A stretch of 64,000 bases of DNA, from contig DAITMI010000002.1 in NCBI GenBank assembly GCA_036835225.1, forward strand, positions 479-64,478, written 5' to 3'. Numbering within the stretch: position 1 is the stretch's first letter; each line of letters starts with the position of its first letter. This DNA is from Rhodoferax sp. (GTDB taxonomy: Bacteria > Pseudomonadota > Gammaproteobacteria > Burkholderiales > Burkholderiaceae_C). The notes below the pieces were generated by a model. It saw nothing but the letters and a program-made list of their open reading frames with translations. It was not told where the DNA came from and did not search any database. The position numbers and the translations under genes were made by a program. Below, piece by piece: positions 31,933 to 43,085 of this stretch.

Positions 31933-34779
31933 ATGATCCAAGCTCCCAAATCCGAATCCGCCAAACGCAGCAAAGACAACGAACGTCCGCTGGTGGAGGA
32001 CATTCGTCTGCTGGGCCGCATTCTGGGCGATGTCATCCGCGAGCAAGAGGGTGTTGCGGCGTTTGAGTTGATCGAGCAAATCCGCAAGCTGTCGGTGGCA
32101 TTTCGCCGCGACGCGGACCACGAAGCCGACAAGGCGCTCAAGAAGCTGCTCAAGGGCTTGAGCGGCGATCAGACCGTCAGCGTGATTCGCGCCTTCACCT
32201 ATTTCAGCCACCTGGCCAATCTGGCCGAAGACCGGCATCACATCCGTCGCCGCACGATCCACGAACGCGCCGGCGACACCCAGGAAGGCAGCATTGAAGT
32301 GGCCCTGGCCCGCTTGCGCTGGGCCGGCATTTCCCCCAAGACCATCGCCGACACCCTGGCCACCAGCTTTGTGTCACCGGTGCTCACCGCCCACCCCACC
32401 GAAGTGCAGCGCAAAAGCATTCTGGACGCCGAGCGCGCCATCGCCCAGCTGCTCACTGCCCGCGACGATATCAAGGTCAAGGCGGCTTGCGTCAACGCCA
32501 ACAAAGACGCGCTGACGCCGCGCGAATTGGCCGCCAACGAGGAACAGATGCGGGCCCGCGTGTTGCAGCTGTGGCAAACCCGACTGCTGCGCTTCACCAA
32601 ACTCACCGTCGCCGACGAAGTCGAGAATGCCTTGAGCTATTACGAATCGACGTTTTTGCGGGAAATCCCCAAACTCTATGCCGATCTGGAACGCGAGCTG
32701 GGCCAGCACCCGGTCCACAGCTTTCTGCGCATGGGCCAATGGATTGGTGGCGACCGCGACGGCAACCCGAACGTGAATGCGCAAACACTGATGCACGCCC
32801 TGCGCCGCCAGGCGGACGTGGCGCTGCGTCACTACCTGACCGAAGTGCACTATCTGGGCGGTGAACTGTCGCTCTCGACCATGCTGGTGGACTGCCTGCC
32901 CGCCATGCAGGCACTGGCTGACAAGTCACCCGACACCAACGAACACCGCAAGGACGAACCTTACCGGCGCGCCCTGATCGGCATCTACGCCCAGCTTGCC
33001 GCCACCCTCAAGGACCTGACTGGCGGCGAGGCGGCGCGCCATGCCGTCGCGCCCCAGAACGCCTACAAGACGGCGGAAGAATTCCTGGCCGATCTGCGCA
33101 CCATCGAGGCCTCGCTGCTGGCGCAGCATGGTGCGGCATTGGTGGCGCAACGGCTGCACCCCTTGATTCGGGCGGTCGAGGTCTTTGGTTTTCATCTGGC
33201 CACCGTCGATTTGCGCCAAAGCTCGGACAATCATGAAGCGGTCGTGACCGAGTTGCTGGCCGTGGCGCGCCTGGAGCAGGGCTACGCGCAGTTGGATGAA
33301 CTGACCAAACGCAGTTTGCTACTGAAGTTGCTGAATGATGCCCGTCCCTTGCGCGTGATGGGCGCGGCCTACTCGGAGCATACCCAAAGCGAACTCGCCA
33401 TTTTTGAGGCCGCCAAGGTGCTGCGCGAACGCTTTGGCGCGCAGGCCATTCGCCACTACATCATCAGCCACACCGAAACCGTGAGCGACTTGCTCGAAGT
33501 GCTGTTGCTGCAAAAAGAAGTGGGCTTGATGCGCGGCACGCTGGATACCCATGCCCTCTGCGACCTGATCGTCGTGCCCTTATTTGAGACCATCGAAGAC
33601 CTGCGCAATGCGGCGCCCATCATGCGCGAGTTTTATGCCCTGCCCGGCATCACAGAGCTGGTCAAACGCAGCGGCGCCGAGCAGGACATCATGCTCGGCT
33701 ACTCCGACAGCAACAAGGACGGCGGCATCTTCACCAGCAACTGGGAGTTGTACCGGGCCGAGATTGCCCTGGTGGAACTGTTTGACCAGCTCGCCCAGAA
33801 TACCCGGGGCGAGCGCGCCATTCAACTCCGGATGTTCCACGGTCGCGGCGGTACCGTTGGCCGGGGCGGCGGCCCGAGCTACCAGGCCATTCTGGCGCAA
33901 CCCCCTGGCACTGTGCGTGGCCAGATTCGCCTGACCGAACAGGGCGAAGTCATCGGCTCCAAATACGCCAACCCCGAAATTGGCCGACGCAACCTGGAAA
34001 CGCTGGTGGCCGCCACGCTGGAAGCCACGCTCTTGCAGCCCACCAAATCAGCGACCAAGCCCTTTTTGCTGGCCGCCGCTGAGCTGTCGCAAAACAGCAT
34101 GACGGCCTACCGCAAGCTGGTCTATGAGACCCCCGGCTTCACCGAGTATTTTTTTGACTCAACGCCAATTCGCGAGATTGCCGAACTCAACATCGGTTCG
34201 CGCCCGGCCTCCCGCAAGGCCTCGCAAAAGATTGAAGACCTGCGGGCGATTCCCTGGGGCTTCAGCTGGGGTCAGTGCCGTTTGACGCTGCCCGGCTGGT
34301 ACGGCTTTGGTTCGGCGGTAGAACTTTTTATGAACCAGGACGGCGTCTCAGCACAGAAGGACACGCACAAAGAAAGATTGACACTGCTGCAACAGATGTA
34401 CAAGCAGTGGCCGTTCTTCAGGACACTGCTGTCCAACATGGACATGGTGATGGCCAAAAGCGATCTGGCGCTGGCTTCGCGTTACTCTGAGTTAGTCAGT
34501 GACGCACGCCTGCGCAAGAGAATTTTCACGGCCATTGAACTGGAATGGCACCGCACCGCCAGCGCCCTGGGCATGATCACCGGCGACAAGCATCGGCTGG
34601 CCAACAATGCGGCGCTGCAACGCTCCATCCGCCACCGCTTTCCCTATATTGATCCTTTGCATCACCTGCAGGTGGAGCTGGTCCGCCGCTACCGCGCTGG
34701 TCAGACCGATGACCGCGTACAGCGTGGCATTCACATCTCGATCAACGGGATTGCCGCCGGCTTGCGCAACACCGGCTGA
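31933..34779 (+). CDS. ppc: Phosphoenolpyruvate carboxylase
   Basis: [40 protein letters not shown]. Confidence 0.97.
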   Translation: MIQAPKSESAKRSKDNERPLVEDIRLLGRILGDVIREQEGVAAFELIEQIRKLSVAFRRDADHEADKALKKLLKGLSGDQTVSVIRAFTYFSHLANLAEDRHHIRRRTIHERAGDTQEGSIEVALARLRWAGISPKTIADTLATSFVSPVLTAHPTEVQRKSILDAERAIAQLLTARDDIKVKAACVNANKDALTPRELAANEEQMRARVLQLWQTRLLRFTKLTVADEVENALSYYESTFLREIPKLYADLERELGQHPVHSFLRMGQWIGGDRDGNPNVNAQTLMHALRRQADVALRHYLTEVHYLGGELSLSTMLVDCLPAMQALADKSPDTNEHRKDEPYRRALIGIYAQLAATLKDLTGGEAARHAVAPQNAYKTAEEFLADLRTIEASLLAQHGAALVAQRLHPLIRAVEVFGFHLATVDLRQSSDNHEAVVTELLAVARLEQGYAQLDELTKRSLLLKLLNDARPLRVMGAAYSEHTQSELAIFEAAKVLRERFGAQAIRHYIISHTETVSDLLEVLLLQKEVGLMRGTLDTHALCDLIVVPLFETIEDLRNAAPIMREFYALPGITELVKRSGAEQDIMLGYSDSNKDGGIFTSNWELYRAEIALVELFDQLAQNTRGERAIQLRMFHGRGGTVGRGGGPSYQAILAQPPGTVRGQIRLTEQGEVIGSKYANPEIGRRNLETLVAATLEATLLQPTKSATKPFLLAAAELSQNSMTAYRKLVYETPGFTEYFFDSTPIREIAELNIGSRPASRKASQKIEDLRAIPWGFSWGQCRLTLPGWYGFGSAVELFMNQDGVSAQKDTHKERLTLLQQMYKQWPFFRTLLSNMDMVMAKSDLALASRYSELVSDARLRKRIFTAIELEWHRTASALGMITGDKHRLANNAALQRSIRHRFPYIDPLHHLQVELVRRYRAGQTDDRVQRGIHISINGIAAGLRNTG

Positions 34780-34800
34780 CTGCCGACTAGCTGACCTCCT

Positions 34801-34855
34801 CTGATTGCGGACTGGATCCGCAAGCCATGGATCCCGGCTCAAATCCGGGATGACA
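34801..34855. repeat. GTCAT...ATGAC-type REP-like palindrome (degenerate)
   Basis: ttgcggactggatccgcaa..catggatcccggctcaaatccgggatgac double hairpin between convergent ppc and queD. Confidence 0.6.
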
Positions 34856-34873
34856 ACATTGACACTGGCAGCA

Positions 34874-35263
34874 TCAACCCTGGTTGACTCCAGAGATGTC
34901 GCCGGGGCGATAGGTGCATTTGTCACCGATCGAATGCCGCTCCACCGTCACCCCGGAGAGACCCGGCAGGCGCGGCGCGAGCTCTTTCCAGATGAAACCA
35001 CACAGGTTTTCCAGCGTCGCCGGCCCCAGGCCGGGCACTTCATCGAGAAAATGATGGTCCAGTTTTTCCCGCAGCGCATCCACTTCACGCCGGACGTAAC
35101 CCAGATCCAGCACCATGCCTGAAGCGCCGACCGGTTCACCACGCACGAAGACCTCGGCATGGTAGGTGTGCCCATGCACCCGGCGGCTGCCCTCGGCCTC
35201 AATCTCCCGTTTCAGGGTGTGCGCGGCATCAAAGAAGAAGCGCTGACTGATCTCAAACATCAT
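34874..35263 (-). CDS. queD: 6-carboxytetrahydropterin synthase QueD
   Basis: FDAAH, HGHTY, GMVLD, LDHHFL, TLEN; ATGA overlap with queE. Confidence 0.85.
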   Translation of the reverse strand: MMFEISQRFFFDAAHTLKREIEAEGSRRVHGHTYHAEVFVRGEPVGASGMVLDLGYVRREVDALREKLDHHFLDEVPGLGPATLENLCGFIWKELAPRLPGLSGVTVERHSIGDKCTYRPGDISGVNQG

Positions 35264-35895
35264 CGAATTCCGATCATTTTGTGGGATTGCACACCCAAGC
35301 GCCACTGGGGGTGCTGCTGACAGTAGGCGATGGCCCTGGCGGTATTGTCAGCGCGCAGCGGTCCATCCATCGGCTGCAGAAAAAAATGATCAAACTGCAG
35401 CGGCGCGAAGCGGGCCGGATCCACGCCCGCTTGCGGATAGACCAACTTGAGTTCGTTGCCACGCTGGATCGCCAGCTCGGTATCGGCCTTGGGGCTGACA
35501 CAAATCCAGTCCAGTCCCGGCGGGGCGGCGATGGTGCCGTTGGTCTCGACCGCAATGGCAAAGCCGCGCGCATGCAGCGCCGTCGTCAGCGCCTCATCCA
35601 CTTGCAGCAGCGGTTCGCCACCCGTGAGCACGACCAGGCGATGCCGCGTGCCCTGCGCTGCCCAGGCTTTTTCCACCGCGTCAGCCAACGCCTCGGCTGA
35701 TGTGAACTTGCCGCCACCGCTGCCATCCGTCCCGACAAAATCGGTATCGCAAAACTGGCAGACGGCATTGGCGCGGTCTTCTTCCCGGCCGCTCCACAGA
35801 TTGCAGCCGGCAAAGCGGCAAAACACCGCCGCCTTGCCGGACTGGGCGCCCTCGCCCTGCAGCGTGTAAAAAATCTCCTTGACCGAGTAAGTCAT
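35260..35895 (-). CDS. queE: 7-carboxy-7-deazaguanine synthase QueE (CX14CX2C type)
   Basis: EIFYTLQGEG, C-X14-C-X2-C, TGGEP, ETNGT, QSHK. Confidence 0.95.
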   Translation of the reverse strand: MTYSVKEIFYTLQGEGAQSGKAAVFCRFAGCNLWSGREEDRANAVCQFCDTDFVGTDGSGGGKFTSAEALADAVEKAWAAQGTRHRLVVLTGGEPLLQVDEALTTALHARGFAIAVETNGTIAAPPGLDWICVSPKADTELAIQRGNELKLVYPQAGVDPARFAPLQFDHFFLQPMDGPLRADNTARAIAYCQQHPQWRLGVQSHKMIGIR

Positions 35896-35972
35896 GCCTT
35901 GCCTTGAATATTCCAGAAGGGAGCGATTTTCGCAGGATGCGGGGATGTCCGGGTATGCCCCCGCCAAAACAC

Positions 35973-36713
35973 CTACCCGCCCACGAGCTCGCGCACCGCC
36001 GCCAGTTGCCGGCGCGACACAAACAGCAATTCATCAATGCCGTTGAGCCGCACCGCCCAGCCTTCACCCTCTTGCGGATCGTTGTGTTTTTCCAGCGCCC
36101 GCACCGCGCGCCTGGCAATCAAAGCGTTGCGGTGAATGCGCATGAACCGGGTTCTGTACTTTTCCTCCAGCTCATTCAGGGAGCCCTCCAGGAGGTAGCT
36201 CTTGGCGGCGGTACGCACCGTGATGTATTTGAGCTCGGCCTTGAGGTACAAGACCTGCGACAGCGGCACCCGCTCGGTCCGGCCACGCTCTTGAATGATC
36301 AGCACATCCTCAGGAAAGTCGGGCTCCAGCCCTCGTGCAGACTGCCTCAATCGCTCTACTTTTTGTAGCGTCGCCTGCAGGCGCTCGAGCCGTACCGGCT
36401 TGGTCAGATAGTCCACCGCATCCAACTCGAACGCATGCACCGCGTGTTCGGCATAGGCTGTCACGAACACCACGGCGGGAGGATTGGGCAAGGTGCGCAG
36501 GGTCCGGGTCAGGGTCAGGCCGTCCGCGCCGGGCATGTGAATGTCGATCAACGCCACATCCACCTGCTGCCGGTGCAGCCACTCAAGCGCCTGCGTGGCA
36601 TTGGCGGCCTCGGCCACGACACTGGCCGCCGGCTTGCTGCAGTCACCCAGCAGGGTGCGCAGGCGCGCGCGCGCCAAGGCTTCATCATCCACGATCAGCA
36701 CCTTCAGCGGCAT
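35973..36713 (-). CDS. algR: LytTR response regulator (AlgR-like)
   Basis: REC domain plus LytTR domain FMRIHRNALI; argH-algZ-algR-hemC synteny. Confidence 0.85.
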   Translation of the reverse strand: MPLKVLIVDDEALARARLRTLLGDCSKPAASVVAEAANATQALEWLHRQQVDVALIDIHMPGADGLTLTRTLRTLPNPPAVVFVTAYAEHAVHAFELDAVDYLTKPVRLERLQATLQKVERLRQSARGLEPDFPEDVLIIQERGRTERVPLSQVLYLKAELKYITVRTAAKSYLLEGSLNELEEKYRTRFMRIHRNALIARRAVRALEKHNDPQEGEGWAVRLNGIDELLFVSRRQLAAVRELVGG

Positions 36714-36732
36714 CGCAGTAGCTCCCTGCGGT

Positions 36733-37782
36733 TCATGCTGGCACCTCGATCCGGACTTGAAAAACCCCGTCCTTCAGGCCACTCTGGAATTGGCCCTGCA
36801 CATCGTGCAGCAGGTTGAGCCGGTCACGCACATTCATCAGCGCCAGACCGTTACCGCGCGCGCCCTGCCCCCCAGGCACGGTGTTGGTGACCTTGATAAC
36901 GACAGTGGAGCCGCGACGTTGCGTTGATATCCTGACGTACGCGCCGACCGCGCTCGGCTCCACGCCATGCTGGACCGCGTTTTCCACCAGGGGCTGCAAC
37001 AGCAAGGGCGGCAATTTGGCCGCAGACGCGGCAGGGTCCAGCGCCCACTCCACCTGGATGCGATCGCCAAAACGTACCGCCTCGATCGCCAGATAACGCT
37101 GCGCCAGGGCAATTTCATCGGCCAGCGTGACAAACTCGCCCTGCTCCATCAGTGCATGACGAAACAAATCGCTCAGGTCTTCCAGCAGTGCCTCTGCTTT
37201 TGCCGGCTCGGCGCGCACCAGTGCAATGGCGCTGTTGAGCGTATTGAACAAAAAATGAGGGCGAATGCGCGCTTGCAGCTCACTCAACCGCGCCGTGGTG
37301 GTAGCCGGCGTTTTGGCCCGGGCCCGCAACACCAGCGCGGCCACCAGCGCCGCCGACAACAGGGCGCCGCTGAAGGCGCAGGCGAGCCAGGGCGCCGGCT
37401 CCAGCAAGCCCACCAGGGCCAGCACGCCACAGCCATACAGGCCGGCCATGGCACCCAGGCCGACCCCGGCCACTTGCTGGACGGTGGGGCTCAGGCGCGC
37501 CAGCACCTGCTTGAGACTGCACGCCGAGATTAGCCACACCAGCGTCGCCGGCAAGGCGCCCCCGGTGAGCAAGGCCAGACGGGTCAACCAGTCAAACACC
37601 GTGGACGCGCCGAACATGGCGCCCACCCCCACCACCGCCTCGACAAACAGCACGGCCCGCAGCACCACGCCGAGCTGGCAGGCGTCGAACACCAGCATCT
37701 TGGCCGGCCCGGCCCCCAGTGACACAGGCGGTTCGGAAGCCAGTTCCTGGAAGACCGATAAAATTTGCGAGTCTTTCATCAA
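36733..37782 (-). CDS. algZ: LytS-type sensor kinase (AlgZ/FimS-like)
   Basis: LQARIRPHFLFNTLN, LQPLVENA, N-terminal TMs. Confidence 0.85.
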   Translation of the reverse strand: MMKDSQILSVFQELASEPPVSLGAGPAKMLVFDACQLGVVLRAVLFVEAVVGVGAMFGASTVFDWLTRLALLTGGALPATLVWLISACSLKQVLARLSPTVQQVAGVGLGAMAGLYGCGVLALVGLLEPAPWLACAFSGALLSAALVAALVLRARAKTPATTTARLSELQARIRPHFLFNTLNSAIALVRAEPAKAEALLEDLSDLFRHALMEQGEFVTLADEIALAQRYLAIEAVRFGDRIQVEWALDPAASAAKLPPLLLQPLVENAVQHGVEPSAVGAYVRISTQRRGSTVVIKVTNTVPGGQGARGNGLALMNVRDRLNLLHDVQGQFQSGLKDGVFQVRIEVPA

Positions 37783-37822
37783 TAATTGAGCTTTAAAAGT
37801 TGTCGTGGCGGATGCTCAGGAC

Positions 37823-37877
37823 TGTCATGGCGGGCTTGACCGGCAATCCAGGGAGACCGGAACACGCCCGGCATGAC
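37823..37877. repeat. GTCAT...ATGAC-type REP-like palindrome (degenerate)
   Basis: tgtcatggcgggcttgaccggcaatcca...cccggcatgac. Confidence 0.55.
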
Positions 37878-37984
37878 CGCCGACGAAATTCTGCCTAAGC
37901 CCGATTATTGATGATCTGTTTGCTGCAAGCCCAACCATAACCACCAACCTCCGGCCCGGCCATCGTAAGCCGACGCCCAATTCC

Positions 37985-39436
37985 ATGTCACAAACCCAAT
38001 TCGACAAAAAATCAGAAGCCTGGTCTGCCCTCTTCTCCGAGCCCATGAGCGATCTGGTCAAGCGCTACACCTCCAGCGTGTTTTTTGACAAACGGCTGTG
38101 GCAGGCCGACATCGCCGGCTCCTTGGCCCATGCGGAAATGCTGTGCCGCCAACAAATCATCAACGCCGAAGACCTCAAGGCCATTCAAAGCGGCATGGCC
38201 ACCATCACCGCCGAGATCGACGCCGGCGCCTTTGAGTGGAAACTCGATCTGGAAGACGTGCACCTCAACATCGAAGCCCGTCTGACGCAGCTGGTGGGCA
38301 TTGCCGGCAAGCGACTGCACACCGGCCGCTCGCGCAACGACCAGGTCGCCACCGACGTGCGGCTGTGGCTGCGCGGCGAAATTGACCTGATCAGCGGCCT
38401 GCTCACCGACCTGCAAAAAGCACTGCTGGAAGTGGCCGAGAAAAATATTGAGGTGATTCTGCCCGGCTTCACCCATCTGCAGGTAGCGCAACCGATCAGC
38501 TTCGGCCACCACATGCTGGCCTATGTCGAAATGTTCAGCCGCGATGCCGAGCGCATGAGCGAGGTTCGCCGCCGCACCAACCGGCTGCCGCTGGGCGCCG
38601 CCGCGCTGGCCGGCACCAGCTACCCGCTGGACCGGGAACGCGTCGCCCTTACCTTGGGCATGGTCGATGACCAAGGCCTGCCTCAGGTGTGCCAAAACTC
38701 CCTGGATGCCGTGAGTGATCGCGACTTCGCCATCGAATTCACCGCAGCGGCCTCGCTGTGCATGGTGCACATCAGCCGCTTCAGCGAAGAACTGATTTTG
38801 TGGATGAGCCAGAACTTCGGCTTCATCCAGATTGCCGACCGTTTCACCACCGGCAGCTCCATCATGCCGCAGAAGAAAAACCCGGACGTTCCGGAACTGG
38901 CGCGCGGCAAGACCGGCCGCGTGGTCGGCCACCTGATGGGCCTGATCACCCTGATGAAAGGCCAGCCGCTGGCCTACAACAAGGACAATCAGGAAGACAA
39001 GGAACCGCTGTTTGACACCGTGGACACGCTGAAGGACACGCTGCGCATCTTTGCCGAGATGGTGGGCGGCCAACTCAACCCGGCCACCGGGCTGAAGGAA
39101 GGCGGCATCAGCGTCAAACCCGAAGCGATGGAACGCGCCGCCCTCAAGGGCTATGCCACCGCCACCGATCTGGCCGACTACCTGGTGAAGAAAGGGCTGC
39201 CGTTCCGCGACGCCCATGAGACCGTCGCCCACGCCGTCAAAGCCGCCATCTCGCACCAGGTCGATTTGTCGGAATTGCCTTTGAAGGTACTGCAGGAGTT
39301 CAACCCAAATATTGAGAAGGATGTGTACGAGGTGCTGTCCTTGCGCGGCTCACTCAACGCCCGGGATATTCTGGGTGGCACGGCACCGAAGCAGGTGCGG
39401 GCGCAGATTGCGCGGCACCTGACACGGCTGGGTTGA
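37985..39436 (+). CDS. argH: Argininosuccinate lyase
   Basis: [29 protein letters not shown]. Confidence 0.97.
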   Translation: MSQTQFDKKSEAWSALFSEPMSDLVKRYTSSVFFDKRLWQADIAGSLAHAEMLCRQQIINAEDLKAIQSGMATITAEIDAGAFEWKLDLEDVHLNIEARLTQLVGIAGKRLHTGRSRNDQVATDVRLWLRGEIDLISGLLTDLQKALLEVAEKNIEVILPGFTHLQVAQPISFGHHMLAYVEMFSRDAERMSEVRRRTNRLPLGAAALAGTSYPLDRERVALTLGMVDDQGLPQVCQNSLDAVSDRDFAIEFTAAASLCMVHISRFSEELILWMSQNFGFIQIADRFTTGSSIMPQKKNPDVPELARGKTGRVVGHLMGLITLMKGQPLAYNKDNQEDKEPLFDTVDTLKDTLRIFAEMVGGQLNPATGLKEGGISVKPEAMERAALKGYATATDLADYLVKKGLPFRDAHETVAHAVKAAISHQVDLSELPLKVLQEFNPNIEKDVYEVLSLRGSLNARDILGGTAPKQVRAQIARHLTRLG

Positions 39437-39471
39437 GAGCCTTGATTTGATCCATGACGGCCAGCGTTTTT

Positions 39472-39522
39472 TGCTATTAATTAAGTAGCATATTACGCAG
39501 ACTGTACAGGGCTAGAGGCCGG
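39472..39522 (-). repeat. Motif A copy 7 (after argH, 1 nt shorter)
   Basis: tgctattaattaagtagcatattacgcagactgtacagggctagaggccgg. Confidence 0.7.
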
Positions 39523-39609
39523 AATTACTTAAGAACCGGCGCAAACCAGCCTACCGAATTTGGCCGAGCAGATAGCAGGGACCAAGCATGACGCTTTTGA
39601 AAAAAATAC

Positions 39610-39815
39610 CGACCGCTTAAGGGTCAGCAGCCAGACGGTGAGCCGCTATACCGATTTACGGGTAGAGTGGTTACTGGAGTGCCGTCTCCAGCCCTACCAC
39701 GTCAAGGTCGGCAAATGCCAGGTGAAGTCGCCCAAGGTCTATATCCGCGACAGCGGCCCGCGCCATGCCTTGCTCGGTCACCCGGTGGTGGGTGCGAGCT
39801 GGGAAGGCTTTGACC
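39610..39815 (+). pseudogene. Remnant of AAA+ ATPase/DUF4143 gene
   Basis: VSSQTVSRYTDL..RLQPYH..GK..VKSPKVYIRDSG..HALLGHPVVGASWEGF matches DUF4143 motifs as I recall them; no P-loop part, no C-terminus. Confidence 0.75.
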
Positions 39816-39849
39816 GCAACCGGAGTAAGTTGCCGCACCCCAAAGGCGG

Positions 39850-41778
<1,929 letters not shown>

Positions 41779-41844
41779 TCACGCGAACAGGGAGGACGGC
41801 ACGAAACCCCAGATAACCCGTCAAGGGGCAATGGGACTGCACGT

Positions 41845-41930
41845 CTGGCTCTTCTTACGCCGGTATGAACCGGATCAAGTTCGCGGGTTTGGTTGACCAT
41901 CTCAGCGCATCCACAGCGCACCCCGGGCAG
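41845..41930 (-). ncRNA. TPP riboswitch (THI element)
   Basis: Reverse complement ggggtgc...gctgaga...acccgcgaacttgatccggttcataccggcgtaagaag, upstream of thiC. Confidence 0.93.
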
Positions 41931-42027
41931 GGCGGAGTTTAAGCGATCCTGCGGACTGGCAGATTCCGGACCGGCAGCAACTCCTCGGAGAGCTGAATAG
42001 AAATGACCGAAACGACGCGGCCCTGAG

Positions 42028-42585
42028 CTACTGCGCCGGACGGCCCGCACCCTGCGTACCTTGGGCGCGCGCCGAAAGATAGACATAGAGATCCATGATA
42101 TGGGCGTTCACGCGGGGCTCGCCTTGCCACGCGGGCATCGTGAGCATATATTCCTTGCGCTGCACGATCTCTTCGACCAAGGCTTCCCGCGCGGCGCTGT
42201 CGCGGCTGGCCTGCACCGCCGGAAGACCCCAGTCATAGCGCTGGAGCACGAGGCCCACGAATTGGCGCGAGCCCATTTCGCGAACTCTGGGCAATAGATC
42301 GGGACCGCCCGCCGTACCGGTCGCCGCAGCCCCATGACAGCCCGCGCACCTGTCCTGAAAGACGCGCCAGCCGAGATAGACGGAACCGGGCGGCTTTGAG
42401 AGCTGCGCGAGCTCCTGGGCGGCCTGCCTGTTTTGCCACTCCACGGTTTCCACGGCACATCCGGCCAGCAACAGCGCCGACGTGATCGCACCGGCGTACC
42501 GCAGGCGACGCGGTCTGGCCGTCATGCGCTCGAAGAGCGGCTTCAGCGCCAACTTCGACAGTTTGGAAAACTTCGCCATCGTCAT
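42028..42585 (-). CDS. Monoheme cytochrome c lipoprotein
   Basis: Lipobox LLLAGC, CAGCH heme motif, MPAW axial Met; start uncertain (42585, 42579 or later). Confidence 0.8.
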   Translation of the reverse strand: MTMAKFSKLSKLALKPLFERMTARPRRLRYAGAITSALLLAGCAVETVEWQNRQAAQELAQLSKPPGSVYLGWRVFQDRCAGCHGAAATGTAGGPDLLPRVREMGSRQFVGLVLQRYDWGLPAVQASRDSAAREALVEEIVQRKEYMLTMPAWQGEPRVNAHIMDLYVYLSARAQGTQGAGRPAQ

Positions 42586-43085
42586 CACCTTTGCGTTTCT
42601 CGCGGCCGCGAACCCAGCATGCTGCGCAGCCCATTCTGCGTGCACGGCAGGCGATTGTGGCAAGCCGCCTGCGCCCGTGTCTTGCGAAAGATCAGTGCCA
42701 GTCGCTGTTTGCACAGGCACAACCGTGAGCGGCTACCGCCGGGTGATCGACGTGCAGCTCAAGCGTGTTCGTACTTGTCGCCTGCGTGCCAGGCACAGAT
42801 ATCAAGGGTTGCAGCCGGTCAAAATGACCACCTTCCATCGCGCAGAATCGACAGTCCGGGAGAGAAAACATACAGAGGGCAACCGGTGTACTGAGGACAC
42901 CCACCCCGCCGTTTTGAAGAACGCGGCCTGGGGCAGGCGCACTATATGATGAGTCCTTCGTCGCCACCGTCCACCCTGTGGGTAAAGGCAACAGGGCAGG
43001 CAGCATCCCTGCCGTTTCCTGATAACCGGCACCATGGAACGGAAGAACAAAAATGTGCTTCAGCGCAAAACTCTGACATAAAACA

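Noticed and set aside
34874..35895. queDE as part of a 7-deazaguanine DNA-modification system linked to the RM gene
   Set aside because: No dpdA/tgt-like gene in the window, and the RM enzyme 24 kb away is an NPPF amino-methyltransferase
35900..35970. Possible preQ1 riboswitch before queE
   Set aside because: Only a GC hairpin; no preQ1 loop or A-rich tail
42720..43085. Possible c-di-GMP riboswitch upstream of the GGDEF-EAL gene
   Set aside because: GEMM consensus elements (GCAAA P2, GNRA loop and receptor) not found by eye
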